From an uncultured cyanobacterium (lineage in GTDB: Bacteria; Cyanobacteriota; Cyanobacteriia; CAKZMO01), in the NCBI GenBank assembly GCA_963719515.1, contig CAVRCJ010000010.1, positions 96,001-160,000 on the forward strand: DNA of 64,000 nucleotides, read 5' to 3'. Shown in pieces: positions 1-10,538 of this stretch. A model generated the notes under the pieces. That model worked only from the letters and a program-made list of their open reading frames with translations. It ran no database searches and had not been told where the DNA came from. A program made the position numbers and the translations under genes. Within the stretch, counting starts at the first letter, position 1; the number at the start of each line of letters is the position of its first letter.

Positions 1-777
1 CGAGGCAAAGGCGGTCTGGGGCTGCTTGAAACGCTTCATCCAGCTAGAGCGGTGCCCCGAGGGGGGTGCCAAAATTAAGTCACCTTGGTAGCCGTGGGTT
101 TTGGGCACCGCTGTGGTGGGGATCGTTTGCCCCAGGTCGATGCCCTGCTGCCGGTAAATCTCATTGAGGACGGCGATCGCCCCGTGGACGTATACAGGTC
201 TATCGACCCCGGCGCGCTGGGTAATCTGGGCTAGCTCCGCCAGCACCCGCTGCGCCTTGCCAAAGGAATAGCAAAACAGCAGGGAGGGGCGCTCCGGGGC
301 CTGCTGCCACCAGTCGTAAATTTGCTGGGCGATCGCCGCGCCGGACTGCCAGCGATAGATAGGCAAACCGAAGGTGGCCTCGGTAATGAAGGTGTGGCAG
401 GGCACCGGCTCAAATAGAGTGCAGGTGGGATCGGCGTCTCGCTTGTAGTCTCCGGAGATCACCCACACTTCGCCGTCCACCTCCACGCGAATTTGCGCCG
501 ACCCCAGCACGTGGCCCGCCGGATGAAACGAGACGGTGGCCTCCCCCAGCTGGATGCGATCGCCGTAGGTCATCCCCTGGAAAGCGATCTCCTGCCCCAG
601 CCGCTTGCGCAAAATCCCTTCCGACTGGGACGTGGCCAGGTAGCGCTGCGCCCCGGTGCGGGCGTGGTCGGCATGGGCGTGGGTAATCAGCGCGCAGTCA
701 ACGGCGCGCCAGGGATCGATGTAAAAATCTCCGGCGCTGCAGTAGAGCCCTTCGGGGCGAATCGAAATTACGGCCAT
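1..777 (-). CDS. Ligase-associated DNA damage response exonuclease (metallo-beta-lactamase fold); 3' end runs off the window
   Basis: Not in the ORF track because it is truncated. Manual translation from ATG at 777: MAVISIRPEGLYCSAGDFYIDPWRAVDCALITHAHADHAR... with the THxHxDH MBL motif, then AGHVLG and SGDYK motifs. Confidence 0.9.
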   Translation of the reverse strand, partial: MAVISIRPEGLYCSAGDFYIDPWRAVDCALITHAHADHARTGAQRYLATSQSEGILRKRLGQEIAFQGMTYGDRIQLGEATVSFHPAGHVLGSAQIRVEVDGEVWVISGDYKRDADPTCTLFEPVPCHTFITEATFGLPIYRWQSGAAIAQQIYDWWQQAPERPSLLFCYSFGKAQRVLAELAQITQRAGVDRPVYVHGAIAVLNEIYRQQGIDLGQTIPTTAVPKTHGYQGDLILAPPSGHRSSWMKRFKQPQTAFAS

Positions 778-900
778 GGGAATGGAATAATAAAGTGCAG
801 CGCTGTGGGCCAATAGCAGGGTAACCTACACCCCATACACCCCGCTCTCTATCCATTGGCGAGGTTCAGCGCCTAACGTCCTGATCATATAGATAGGACT

Positions 901-3897
901 ATGGCCCTTGACCCGTCTACCCCGATTCACCAGCCCCGCATGATTCGACTCACCTCAAAATTCTCCCACCAGTGGCTCCGCTGGCTCAACCTCCGCCCCG
1001 AAGAAGCGCCCCGCACCCTGCTGATGCTGGCGTTCTACCTGTTTTCGTCCATAGGCATTCTGTGGTTTGAGTTCACGGCATCCGCGCTGTTTTTGGGAGA
1101 ATACAGCGCCAACGCCCTGCCCTGGGTCTACATCGCCAGCACCGTTATTGGCACTGGTCTAGGGGTGCTCTACTCTCAGCTGCAGCGGGTGCTGCCCCTG
1201 CGGCGGGTGATTACGGTAATCCCGCTGCTGATGGCGCTGCCCATTCTCTTCTTTTGGCTGGGGGTGAGGGGTGGGGTTGCATTCGGCTACAGCATATTTC
1301 TGATTCGGCTGTGGCTAGAGGCAATTCACACCCTCAACGAACTCAATACCTCCATCGCCGCTAACCAGCTGTTCAATATTCGCGAGATTAAGCGCACCTT
1401 CCCCATCGTCAGCAGCGGCATTTTGCTCGCCGACATTGTCAGCGGTTTCTCGATGCCGGTGCTGCGAAAGGTCATTGGCCTTGAAAACGTGCTGCTGGCG
1501 GCCTGCGTGCTGCTGCTGATTGGGGCGGCGATTTTGGCCTATATCAGCTCGGCCTATAAAGACTTCTTTCCCAACCTAGAGCGCCGCACAAGCGGCTCCT
1601 CATCCGCCCCCAGCGCCCAGCGCCTGCAGGGTCCCTTTCAAAAGTACGTGGTCTGGGTGGTGGTCTTTTTTGTCATGTCCCAAGTGCTGCTGCTGCTGGT
1701 GGACCTGCAGTATCTCAGCCAGCTGGAGCTGCGGCTCGGGGACCGGGAGGGCAGCATCGCCGACTTCATTGCCATATTTAGCGGCACCCTGGGCATTTTC
1801 GAGGTGATTACCCAGTGGTTCGCCTCCAGTCGGGCCATTGAGCGCCTAGGCATTTTTGTGGTGAGCGCCCTACTGCCGGTGTTGATCATCACCTGGAGCG
1901 GCCTCACCCTGATTGGCCTTGTCCCCGTTTTTGTGGGGGTGATTATCCTAAAATTTGCCGACGATCTGCTGCGCTACACGTTCATTGCCTCCACGGGACC
2001 CGTCATCTTTCAGCCGCTGCCCGCCCTCAGCCGCAACCACATCCAAGAGCAGGTGCGGGGACTCGCGGAGCCGATCGCCATCGGCCTGACCGGGGCGGGC
2101 ATTCTCGCCACAATTTGGCTGTGCCGGCTGCTGCTGCCCAACGCCTCTCCTAGCTTCGTCGCCGAGGTGCAGACGTTTGTATTCCTCGCTCAAATCATGG
2201 CTCTGGGTCTGGTGTGGCTGCTGGCGGTGTGGGTGCTGCGCGATCGCTACCTGGAGCTGCTAGTGCTGAGCGCCGAGCGTGGCCAGCTGGTGGCTACCCG
2301 CGATATGGATACCCGCACCTTTAAGCAGGCCATCATCGAAACCATCGAAAACCCGGCGGTGGAGGTGCATAAGCGGGCCGCCTGCATCGACCTGTTGGCC
2401 AACCTTGACCCCAGACAGGCGGGGGAAGTGCTGGCCCCGCGCCTGATCGAGCTGCCGGTGTCGCTGCAGCAGCAAAGTCTGGACGTCATGCTGCGCTATC
2501 CGCAGCTGGACTATATAGAGCATGTGCAGCAGCTGATCGCCCAAGTGCCGCTGCCGGAGGTGCTCACCGGGGCGCTGCGCTATATTGGCCTGATCGACAC
2601 CCACCCAGACATCAGCGCCCTGCAGCCTTACCTGCAGCCCACAACCGACCCCAGGGTGCGGGCAACGGCGGCGGCGCTGATGCTGCGTCGGGGAAATGCC
2701 CGCCAGCAGGCGGAGGCCACCGCCGCGCTGCGGCGCATGCTCACCGACCGGGAGGAGGAGCTAGAGCGGGTCAGCAGCTGCCGCGCCCTCAAAGATGCCC
2801 TTTACCTGCAGGCGCTGCGAATTCATATTCCCGGCCTGCTGCGCGATCGCTCTCTGCGGGTGCGGGCGGCCATTCTAGAAACTATTGCCTCGGTCAACCT
2901 GCAGGAGTACTATCCCTCCCTGGTAAAAGCCCTGGCCTACCCCTCCACCCGCAAGGCCGCCATGGGAGCCTTTGTGGAGCTGGGGGACGAGTCGGTGCCC
3001 CTGCTGGTGCGCATCGGCACCGACTCTTACCGGCCTAGCAACGTGCGGGCCAGCGCCTGGCGAATTTTGGGGCAAATTGGCAGCGCCACCGCCCTGCGAG
3101 AGATGGTGGAGCATGTGATGGTGGTTTGGGGAAAAGAGCGGCGGGGGGTGCTGCGATCGCTTCTACTGCTGTCCAAAGAAGACGGTATTGAGGCGGTGAA
3201 CGACTACCTAGGGCGGCGCGGCATCGAGCAGCTGATTGGGCAAGAGCTGTGCTTCATCGCCCAGATCTACGCCGCTGAGCTGGACATTAAGGCTCAGGAC
3301 TCTAGCTGGAAAGAGCACGGGGCGGCAGAGCTGCTGAAGCGATCGCTCCGGGATCAGCGCCTCGACGCCACCGGTCGCCTGTTCTTACTGATGCAGTTTC
3401 TCTACCCCGGCGACACCATCAGCGCCGCCGCCTTCAACCTCCAGTCTCAGTCTTCAGACAGCGTGGCCCGTGGACTGGAAATTTTGGATAACACTGTGGA
3501 CCTTTCGGTGAAGCAGGTTCTGCTCACCGTCCTCGACTCCCACCAGTCAACCTTAGAACAGGTGCAGGCGCTGTCGAGCCTAGTGGCCTACGAGCCCCTG
3601 CCCGCCAGCGATCGCCTCCGTCACCTGCTGGACCTGCGGCTGTTCCTCTCCGACTGGTCGGTGGCCTGCTGCTATCACTTGGCCAGCGACGCCCGCTGGA
3701 GCCTCAACCCCGACCAGGTGCTGTGGGGGGTGCGCCATCCGACGGGGTTTGTGCGCGAGGCGGTGCTCAAGTATTTGGAGGTGGCGTCGCCGGGGGCGCT
3801 GCGATCGCTGCTGCCCCAGCTACAAAACGACCCCGACCCCCTGGTCTCCCGGCAGGTGCATCAGCTCACCCAGCGGCTGTCCCGAGAGGTGGGCTAA
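901..3897 (+). CDS. Npt1/TLC-like MFS membrane domain fused to HEAT repeats
   Basis: 998 aa; about 12 TM segments with an ANQLFNIREIKRTFP motif, then HEAT-like helical repeats (LLRDRSLRVRAA, LQNDPDPLV). Confidence 0.8.
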   Translation: MALDPSTPIHQPRMIRLTSKFSHQWLRWLNLRPEEAPRTLLMLAFYLFSSIGILWFEFTASALFLGEYSANALPWVYIASTVIGTGLGVLYSQLQRVLPLRRVITVIPLLMALPILFFWLGVRGGVAFGYSIFLIRLWLEAIHTLNELNTSIAANQLFNIREIKRTFPIVSSGILLADIVSGFSMPVLRKVIGLENVLLAACVLLLIGAAILAYISSAYKDFFPNLERRTSGSSSAPSAQRLQGPFQKYVVWVVVFFVMSQVLLLLVDLQYLSQLELRLGDREGSIADFIAIFSGTLGIFEVITQWFASSRAIERLGIFVVSALLPVLIITWSGLTLIGLVPVFVGVIILKFADDLLRYTFIASTGPVIFQPLPALSRNHIQEQVRGLAEPIAIGLTGAGILATIWLCRLLLPNASPSFVAEVQTFVFLAQIMALGLVWLLAVWVLRDRYLELLVLSAERGQLVATRDMDTRTFKQAIIETIENPAVEVHKRAACIDLLANLDPRQAGEVLAPRLIELPVSLQQQSLDVMLRYPQLDYIEHVQQLIAQVPLPEVLTGALRYIGLIDTHPDISALQPYLQPTTDPRVRATAAALMLRRGNARQQAEATAALRRMLTDREEELERVSSCRALKDALYLQALRIHIPGLLRDRSLRVRAAILETIASVNLQEYYPSLVKALAYPSTRKAAMGAFVELGDESVPLLVRIGTDSYRPSNVRASAWRILGQIGSATALREMVEHVMVVWGKERRGVLRSLLLLSKEDGIEAVNDYLGRRGIEQLIGQELCFIAQIYAAELDIKAQDSSWKEHGAAELLKRSLRDQRLDATGRLFLLMQFLYPGDTISAAAFNLQSQSSDSVARGLEILDNTVDLSVKQVLLTVLDSHQSTLEQVQALSSLVAYEPLPASDRLRHLLDLRLFLSDWSVACCYHLASDARWSLNPDQVLWGVRHPTGFVREAVLKYLEVASPGALRSLLPQLQNDPDPLVSRQVHQLTQRLSREVG

Positions 3898-3922
3898 GCA
3901 AGGCGGTAGCGATCGCCGCAGG

Positions 3923-5338
3923 TTACGCCGCTGTCAGGGGCAGCATCACCGAGAAGCAGGTGCGCCCCGGCTCCGACTCCACCATCAGGTTTCCGCCGTG
4001 GCGGTTTTCTATGACGCGGCGCACTACGTCAAGCCCCAGCCCAGAGCCTTTGCCCATGGGCTTGGTGGTAAAGAAGGGCTCTAGGATTCGGTTCTTGAGG
4101 TTTTGGGGAATGCCGGGTCCGTTGTCCTCCACCTCGACGCGGATGCAGTCTTCCTTGCGGCAGGTGCGAATGGTAATCGTGGGAGACTCATCGTCGGGCG
4201 TCCCGTCGTTGAGGGCGTCGATGGCGTTGTCGATGAGGTTGGTCCACACCTGGTTTAGCTCGCTGCCAAAGGCCATAATTTGAGGCAGCTCGGTGGTGTA
4301 GTGGCGCTTCACCGTGACGCCATGCTTGAGCTTGAAGGCAAATAGCCGCAGGGTGTCTTCGATGCCGGTGTGGATGTCGATTTCCTGCTGGGCGGCGCGG
4401 TCCATGTAGGAATAGGACTTCATGGACTGCACCAGGGTGGAAATGCGCTCGGCCCCGTCTAGCCCACTTTTAATCAGCCCCATGACGTCGAAGGAGAGCG
4501 CCAGCCACCGCAGCCCCATGTCCCGCAGCTCGGTGGGGTCATCCCGCCAGCGGTCCATCATGGCGTTGAGGCGCTTCGGGTCCACTTCCCCAGCGGCTAG
4601 GGGTTCGGCCAGCTGCCAGGCGTTCTCCACGCCGTAGTCTTCCAGCCAGTCGGTGAGGGCGTCTTCGCGATCGCTCTCGGCTAGGGGGTCGTTTTTAGGA
4701 TGGGCGATCGCCTCAAAGCCTTCATCCCGAATATCCAGCCACTGCTGGGTGTGGGCCTCATCCACCTGACGCTGGCCGTACACCATATTCATCCGCTGCA
4801 GCTCCAGGATGGCGGGCCTCATGTCCTTGAGGACGCGCACCAGAGCGGCGGCGGGGTTGTTGAGCTCATGGGCCAGCCCGGCGGTGAGGGTGCCCAACGC
4901 CGCCATCTTTTCGCGATTGCGAATGAAGGACTCCAGCCCCCGCAGGCGCAGACTGACGGTGCGGAAAATATCGCGCTCGAACTCGCGGCAGCTGTGGAGC
5001 ACCTCTAGAAAGTCGGGACAGTTGAGCCGGTAGAGATCGGTGGGGCAGTCGGCGATGAGGGTGACGGGCACCACGTCTTCGGTGAGCACCTGAATTTCCC
5101 CAAAAAAGGAGGGGCTCTCGTGGCGGCCCACGGGCATGTCTGCGCCGTTGCTGCGCCGGTAGACGGTGATCTGACCGCTGACCTGGATAAAGAAGCCGAG
5201 GGCAGGGTCCCCCTCACGCACCAGGACCTCGCCAGCATCCAGGTGGATAGGCTCGGTGCGATCGCAAATCCACTCTAGCCGCTCGGGGGGAAGCGTCTGA
5301 AAGGGCTTCATCTGTAGGAGAGAGTCTGAACAGAGCAT
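3923..5338 (-). CDS. Sensor histidine kinase with N-terminal cyclic-nucleotide-binding domain
   Basis: cNMP domain (LVREGD, FFGEI), H-box AGLAHELNNP, N-box NLIDNAIDA, G boxes DNGPGI and GSGLGL. Confidence 0.92.
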   Translation of the reverse strand: MLCSDSLLQMKPFQTLPPERLEWICDRTEPIHLDAGEVLVREGDPALGFFIQVSGQITVYRRSNGADMPVGRHESPSFFGEIQVLTEDVVPVTLIADCPTDLYRLNCPDFLEVLHSCREFERDIFRTVSLRLRGLESFIRNREKMAALGTLTAGLAHELNNPAAALVRVLKDMRPAILELQRMNMVYGQRQVDEAHTQQWLDIRDEGFEAIAHPKNDPLAESDREDALTDWLEDYGVENAWQLAEPLAAGEVDPKRLNAMMDRWRDDPTELRDMGLRWLALSFDVMGLIKSGLDGAERISTLVQSMKSYSYMDRAAQQEIDIHTGIEDTLRLFAFKLKHGVTVKRHYTTELPQIMAFGSELNQVWTNLIDNAIDALNDGTPDDESPTITIRTCRKEDCIRVEVEDNGPGIPQNLKNRILEPFFTTKPMGKGSGLGLDVVRRVIENRHGGNLMVESEPGRTCFSVMLPLTAA

Positions 5339-5348
5339 AGCGACCTCC

Positions 5349-6998
5349 TTAAACCTGCGCTAAATGGCGATGGACAAACTGCACGCATATTGACCCCTCC
5401 CCCACGCCAGAGGCCACCCGCTTCACCGAGCCGTGGCGCACGTCGCCCACGGCGAAAATGCCGGGGACGCCCGTCTCCAGCAAAAAGCGATCGCGCTTTA
5501 GGGGCCAGGGGGTTTTCTCGGGCAGGTCCGGTCCGGTGTAGATGAAGCCGCGTTGGTCCCGCTTCACCACGCCGCCCAGCCAGTCGGTTCTGGGGGACGC
5601 GCCGATGAAGATGAATAGGGAGCTGGTCTCAAAGGTCTTGACTTCGCCGGTTTGCGAATCCTCTACCCGCAGCTTTTCCAAGCGATCGCCCCCCAGGGCT
5701 TCCACAACGCTGTGGTGGGTGAGCACGTCGATGTTGTCGGTGCCGTCAATTTGCTCAATCAGGTATTGGGACATGCTCGTGGTCAGCGATGCCCCCCGCA
5801 CCAGCATCCGCACCCGGCTGGCGTATTTGGAAAAGTACATGGCCGCCTGCCCCGCTGAATTGGCCCCGCCGACCACGTACACCTCCTCGCCTTTGCAGGC
5901 CGCTGCCTCGGTCTGCGCCGCGCCGTAGTACACCCCCGCGCCGCTAAACTGCTCCACCCCCGGCATGTTTAGCCGCCGCCAGGCCACCCCCATCGCCAGA
6001 ATCAGGGCGTGGCAGCTCACCTCGCTGCGGTCCGACAGGGTGAGGGTGTGGTAGCCCCCTTCGCTGCGGATGGCGATCGCCTCTTGGGGGGTCAAAATCT
6101 CCACGCCGAAGCGCTTGGCCTGGGTGACGGCGCGCCGGGCTAGGTCGCCGCCGCTCAGACCGACGGGAAACCCGAGGTAGTTTTCAATCCGGGAGCTGGT
6201 GCCCGCCTGACCGCCGGGAGCCTCTCGCTCCACCATGACGGTGCCCAGCCCTTCTGACGCGCCGTACACCGCCGCCGCCAGCCCTGCCGGACCGCCCCCC
6301 ACAATGACCAAGTCGTAAAAGGGGTTGGCCGCTTCGGTCTGCATGCCCACATGCTGAGCTAGCTCGGTGGGGGTGGGCTTCACCAGCTTTTCGCCGCTGG
6401 GCAGCAGCACCAGCGGCAGACAGGCGTCCCCGGCTCCGGCGTAGCTCACCAGCTGCTGGGCCTCTGGGCTGTGCTCAATATCCAGCCAGCGGTAGGGCAC
6501 CTGGTTGCGGGCCAAAAAGTCGCGCAGCTCGTGGGAGGCGGGGGACCAGCGATCGCTCACCATTTTGATGCCCTGGAATTCGGGCTTGAAGGTGGCCTGC
6601 CAGTCGTTGAGCAGGTCGTTGAGCACAGGGTAGAGCTTTTCTTCGGGCGGGTCCCAGGGCTTGAGCAGGTAGTAGTCGAGCCGCGCTGTGTTGATGGCGG
6701 CGATCGCGGCGTCGGTGTCGGCGTAGGCGGTGAGCAGCGCCCGCTTGGCGTCCGGGAACACCTGGGTGGCCTGGTCTAAAAACTCTACCCCGCTCATCTC
6801 CGGCATCCGCTGGTCGGCCAAGAACAGGGCCACCGCAGCGCCCCGCAGCTTCAGCTGCTGCACGGCTTCTATGGCGGTAGCCCCTGAGTCGGCCCGCACG
6901 ATGCGGTAGCGATCGCCGTAGTAGGTGCGCAGGTCGCGGGCTATGGCCTGCAGGACTGCGGGATCATCATCGACGGTCAGTATGACTGGCTTTTCCAT
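5349..6998 (-). CDS. Response-regulator receiver fused to thioredoxin-reductase-like FAD oxidoreductase
   Basis: REC (VDDD, DQRMP, LLKPW) followed by GGGPAGL, GGANSAG, GIFAVGDVR. GVYYGA occupies the position of the usual CxxC. Confidence 0.9.
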   Translation of the reverse strand: MEKPVILTVDDDPAVLQAIARDLRTYYGDRYRIVRADSGATAIEAVQQLKLRGAAVALFLADQRMPEMSGVEFLDQATQVFPDAKRALLTAYADTDAAIAAINTARLDYYLLKPWDPPEEKLYPVLNDLLNDWQATFKPEFQGIKMVSDRWSPASHELRDFLARNQVPYRWLDIEHSPEAQQLVSYAGAGDACLPLVLLPSGEKLVKPTPTELAQHVGMQTEAANPFYDLVIVGGGPAGLAAAVYGASEGLGTVMVEREAPGGQAGTSSRIENYLGFPVGLSGGDLARRAVTQAKRFGVEILTPQEAIAIRSEGGYHTLTLSDRSEVSCHALILAMGVAWRRLNMPGVEQFSGAGVYYGAAQTEAAACKGEEVYVVGGANSAGQAAMYFSKYASRVRMLVRGASLTTSMSQYLIEQIDGTDNIDVLTHHSVVEALGGDRLEKLRVEDSQTGEVKTFETSSLFIFIGASPRTDWLGGVVKRDQRGFIYTGPDLPEKTPWPLKRDRFLLETGVPGIFAVGDVRHGSVKRVASGVGEGSICVQFVHRHLAQV

Positions 6999-7437
6999 GA
7001 AGGTTGGGGCTCAGTTGAGCGAGACATTCCCCTTCAAAGGGTAGCAAGGATAGTGAGAGTTCAGCGGGCTCTGGGCTGACTGCTCTGGGCGACCTGCGCT
7101 CTACTTCTGGGCGTAGCGATCGCTCAGCTGCAGCAGTGTCGGGAATGATAGCGGTCTGGTAGATGGCTGCGAGGAGTCAGAGAGGATCAATCAGGGCAAG
7201 ATTTGGAGGGCGGAGGTATCGCTAACGCCAATTGCGGCTAGCCCCGCTCTCATAGAGGGTAATTCGCATGGGTAGGGACTTTCAGAACGCTAAACACAGA
7301 CCCAGCCCTCATCGCCCGCTGCCCCATTCCCCACCAGCGCTCGGCCATTCGCGGATCGCGCCTGCTTCGCTTATCTCAATCCGCCTTAAAATATCGGTAA
7401 TGCCCCTGGCCCTGTCCGCATCGCCCACCCGCACCCT

Positions 7438-10404
7438 ATGCCCTTCTTGATCAATCTCCTGATCCTAATTGCGGTCAGCATTTTGCTGGGCGGCCTCCCC
7501 CTCACCGGCTGGATTGTCGCTTGGCTGACGGGCCAAAAGCTAGCGCAAATCGGCACCAGAAACGTCAGCGTCTCCGCCGCTTTCTATCACGGCGGTAACG
7601 TCGTAGGCGTCTTAGCGGTGCTCGCTGAGGCAGCCAAAGGAATCGGGGCCGTGCTGCTGGCGCGATCGCTCTTTCCCCAAGAACCTGCCCTAGAGATCTT
7701 TGCCCTCATCATGCTGGTGGTAGGGCGCTACTGGATGGCCCGCGGGGCCGGGGTCACCAACGTCGTTTGGGGCTACTTCGTCCACGACTGGCGCGTGGCT
7801 TTCTTTGTTGGGCTAGTGGGGGGCATCAGCTTCACCATTTTCAGAGAGCAGCAGCGCGGACGACTCGTGGTGCTGTGCCTCTTGCCCCTAATTACCATTG
7901 CGCTGCACCCCACCGACGGACTGCGCGGTCTCATGGCGATGACCCTCAGCACGCTGATTGGCTTTATCTACTCCCGCATCCCCAGCGACCTAGACCTTTC
8001 CCCCCAAGACGCCTCGGATAGCTCCCGCCAAATGTTTACCTTTTTTCGAGGCGATCGCGCCCTAATCAGCCTAGAGTCTCTCCTGTCTGCCGACAAGGTG
8101 GGCAGCAAAGCCGCTACCCTCTCCCAGCTTAAACAGTGGAACTACGCCGTGCTGCCGGGGTGGGTGCTGCCCCCGGGAGACGACCCCGAACCCCTAGTCG
8201 AGCGCCTAGACCCAACGCCCGAGGCCCCGGTCATCGTACGCTCTTCCGCCAGGGGCGAAGACAGCGCCACCGCCACGGCTGCTGGCCAATACGACTCTAT
8301 CCCCAACGTCACCAGCCGCGCCGAGCTGCGAGACGCCATCCTGCGCTGCCAAGCCTCCTACAGCCGTCCCGCTGCGAGTCAATATCGCTCTCAGCGAGAT
8401 GGCGGAGCCGGAGCGTCTTCCGAGGGGGGCATGGCGGTGCTGGTGCAGCCCCAAATCAGCGGCGTCTTCTCGGGGGTGGCCTTTAGCCGCGACCCCATTG
8501 CCCGGCAGGGGGACGCGGTGGTAGTAGAAGCGCTGCCGGGGGATGCCGCCCCCGTAGTCTCGGGCAGAGTCACCCCCGAAACCTACCGGGTTTTGGTCAG
8601 CGACAGCGTTACTAACGTCGTTGACGATACGGGGCAGCCCATCCCTACCGAAATCAGCTTTCCCGTCGAGGGCAGCGGCGACGTGCCGCACCACATCATT
8701 CAGCAGGTGGCCGGCCTAGCCCGCCAAATCGAGCAGCGCTACCACGGCGTTCCCCAGGATATTGAATGGAGCTACGACGGCCAGCGGCTGTGGATTTTGC
8801 AGGCGCGCCCCATCACAACGCTGCTGCCCATCTGGACGCGCAAAATTGCGGCGGAGGTGATTCCGGGCACCATTCGCCCCCTCACCTGGTCTATCAACCA
8901 GCCTTTGACCTGCGGCGTCTGGGGAGATCTGTTTAGCCTCGTGCTGGGCGATCGCACCCGAGACTTAGACTTTATGCAGACCGCCACCCTGCACCACTCC
9001 GCCGCCTACTTCAACGCCTCCCTGCTGGGGGAAATCTTCAGACGTATGGGGCTGCCCGCCCAAAGCCTAGAGTGGCTCACCCAGGGCGCGCCCTTCACCA
9101 AGCCGCCCCTGCGGGCAACGCTGCGGGCTTTGCCGGGGCTGCTGCGGCTGCTGGGGCGCGAGTGGCTGCTCAAGGAAGACTTTGACCAAGAGTACCAGGA
9201 GCGGTTTGCGCCCCAGATGCAGGCCCTGCAGGAGCGGCCCGCTGACCAATGCTCAGACCTAGAGCTTTTAGAGCGCATCAACGCAATTTTAGCCACCCTG
9301 CAGCGGGTGACCTACTACAACATTTTGGCCCCTCTAGGCGCAGCCCTGCGGCAGTCCGTGATGCGGGTCAGCGACGACGAGCTGAACCAGGGCGCTGTCC
9401 CGGAGATTGCGGCCCTGCGATCGCTGCAGCGGATTGCTACCGACTGCCGCCACCTCTTGCCCAAGCTAGACGCCGACCACTGCTCTACCCCGGCGGTGTT
9501 TGCCACCATTGCTGAAGACGTCAGCGGCAGCGCCATTTTGCATCAGCTCGACCAGTTTATGGACCAGTACGGCTATTTGAGCGAGGTGGCGACCGACATC
9601 GCCGTGCCGCGCTGGGCTGACGACCCTCGCCCGGTGCGGGATCTGTTTGCTCGCTTCGTGTGCACCCCCCCGGAAGCGGCGGACGACAGCCCTGAGTCTA
9701 AGGCCTTGTCTAAGCACCTATCTCAGCCCTCTTGGCGATCGCGGCGGGTCCAGTCTCGGGTCGACGTAAAGGCCCAGGTGGCCGAGCTGTACAACCGGCT
9801 TTTGGCCGAGCTGCGCTGGAGCGTTGTGGCGCTAGAGGGCCACGGGCTAGAGCGGGACATGCTTCAGCAACCGGGAGACGCCTTCTTTCTAACGCTGGAT
9901 GAACTCAAGCAGCTAGTGACCCAACCTGACGCCCCCAGCGTCCCTCAGCTCGTGGCCCAAATCGAGGTGCGGCGATCGCAGTGGCAAAAGGACCAGGCCA
10001 ACACCAACCCCGCGCAGCTGGTCTACGGCGCTGACCCACCGGAGCCAAATTCGGTTACCCTAGTCAAATGGTCCGAGCCCGGACTCAGAACCCTCAGCGG
10101 CATTGGCGCTAGTCCAGGCCAAGCGGTGGGGCGAGTGCAGGTGCTTACTACGCTGGCGTCCCCTCTCCAGATCGACAAAGATACTATTCTGGTGGTTCCT
10201 TATACCGATGCCGGTTGGGCGCCTATCCTGGCTCAGGCGGGTGGCATTGTGGCCCAGGCGGGAGGGCGGCTTTCCCACGGCGCTATCATTGCCCGCGAGT
10301 ATCGAATTCCGGCGGTGATGAATGTCCCCAACGCCATGGAGCGGCTCAAGGATGGGCAGCGGGTTCAAATCGACGGACAGCAGGGAACAGTGTTAATCGT
10401 TTAG
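7438..10404 (+). CDS. PlsY-like membrane domain fused to PEP/pyruvate-binding (ATP-grasp) domain and phospho-His swivel domain (rifampin-phosphotransferase-like order)
   Basis: N-terminal LLGGLP..GTRNVSVSA..EAAKG; middle VGSKAATL, IVRSSARGED, PQDIEW, LQARPIT; C-terminal GIGASPG and GGRLSHGAIIAREY. Confidence 0.85.
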   Translation: MPFLINLLILIAVSILLGGLPLTGWIVAWLTGQKLAQIGTRNVSVSAAFYHGGNVVGVLAVLAEAAKGIGAVLLARSLFPQEPALEIFALIMLVVGRYWMARGAGVTNVVWGYFVHDWRVAFFVGLVGGISFTIFREQQRGRLVVLCLLPLITIALHPTDGLRGLMAMTLSTLIGFIYSRIPSDLDLSPQDASDSSRQMFTFFRGDRALISLESLLSADKVGSKAATLSQLKQWNYAVLPGWVLPPGDDPEPLVERLDPTPEAPVIVRSSARGEDSATATAAGQYDSIPNVTSRAELRDAILRCQASYSRPAASQYRSQRDGGAGASSEGGMAVLVQPQISGVFSGVAFSRDPIARQGDAVVVEALPGDAAPVVSGRVTPETYRVLVSDSVTNVVDDTGQPIPTEISFPVEGSGDVPHHIIQQVAGLARQIEQRYHGVPQDIEWSYDGQRLWILQARPITTLLPIWTRKIAAEVIPGTIRPLTWSINQPLTCGVWGDLFSLVLGDRTRDLDFMQTATLHHSAAYFNASLLGEIFRRMGLPAQSLEWLTQGAPFTKPPLRATLRALPGLLRLLGREWLLKEDFDQEYQERFAPQMQALQERPADQCSDLELLERINAILATLQRVTYYNILAPLGAALRQSVMRVSDDELNQGAVPEIAALRSLQRIATDCRHLLPKLDADHCSTPAVFATIAEDVSGSAILHQLDQFMDQYGYLSEVATDIAVPRWADDPRPVRDLFARFVCTPPEAADDSPESKALSKHLSQPSWRSRRVQSRVDVKAQVAELYNRLLAELRWSVVALEGHGLERDMLQQPGDAFFLTLDELKQLVTQPDAPSVPQLVAQIEVRRSQWQKDQANTNPAQLVYGADPPEPNSVTLVKWSEPGLRTLSGIGASPGQAVGRVQVLTTLASPLQIDKDTILVVPYTDAGWAPILAQAGGIVAQAGGRLSHGAIIAREYRIPAVMNVPNAMERLKDGQRVQIDGQQGTVLIV

Positions 10405-10529
10405 CTACTAGACAGGAAGCCCCGCGCTCTACCCGTCAGGGTGAGCGTCGGGATGAGAGTCGCGCTAGCCGAAGTGCGCCCGCAAAATGATGCACAGCGG
10501 ATAGTGCGCTCAGCGCTGAGGCTAGCAGT

Positions 10530-10538
10530 TGGTATGAT
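10530..10538 (+). promoter_or_regulatory. Candidate extended -10 promoter (TGnTATGAT) upstream of a structured leader and the HAD gene
   Basis: TGGTATGAT at 10530-10538. Confidence 0.35.
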
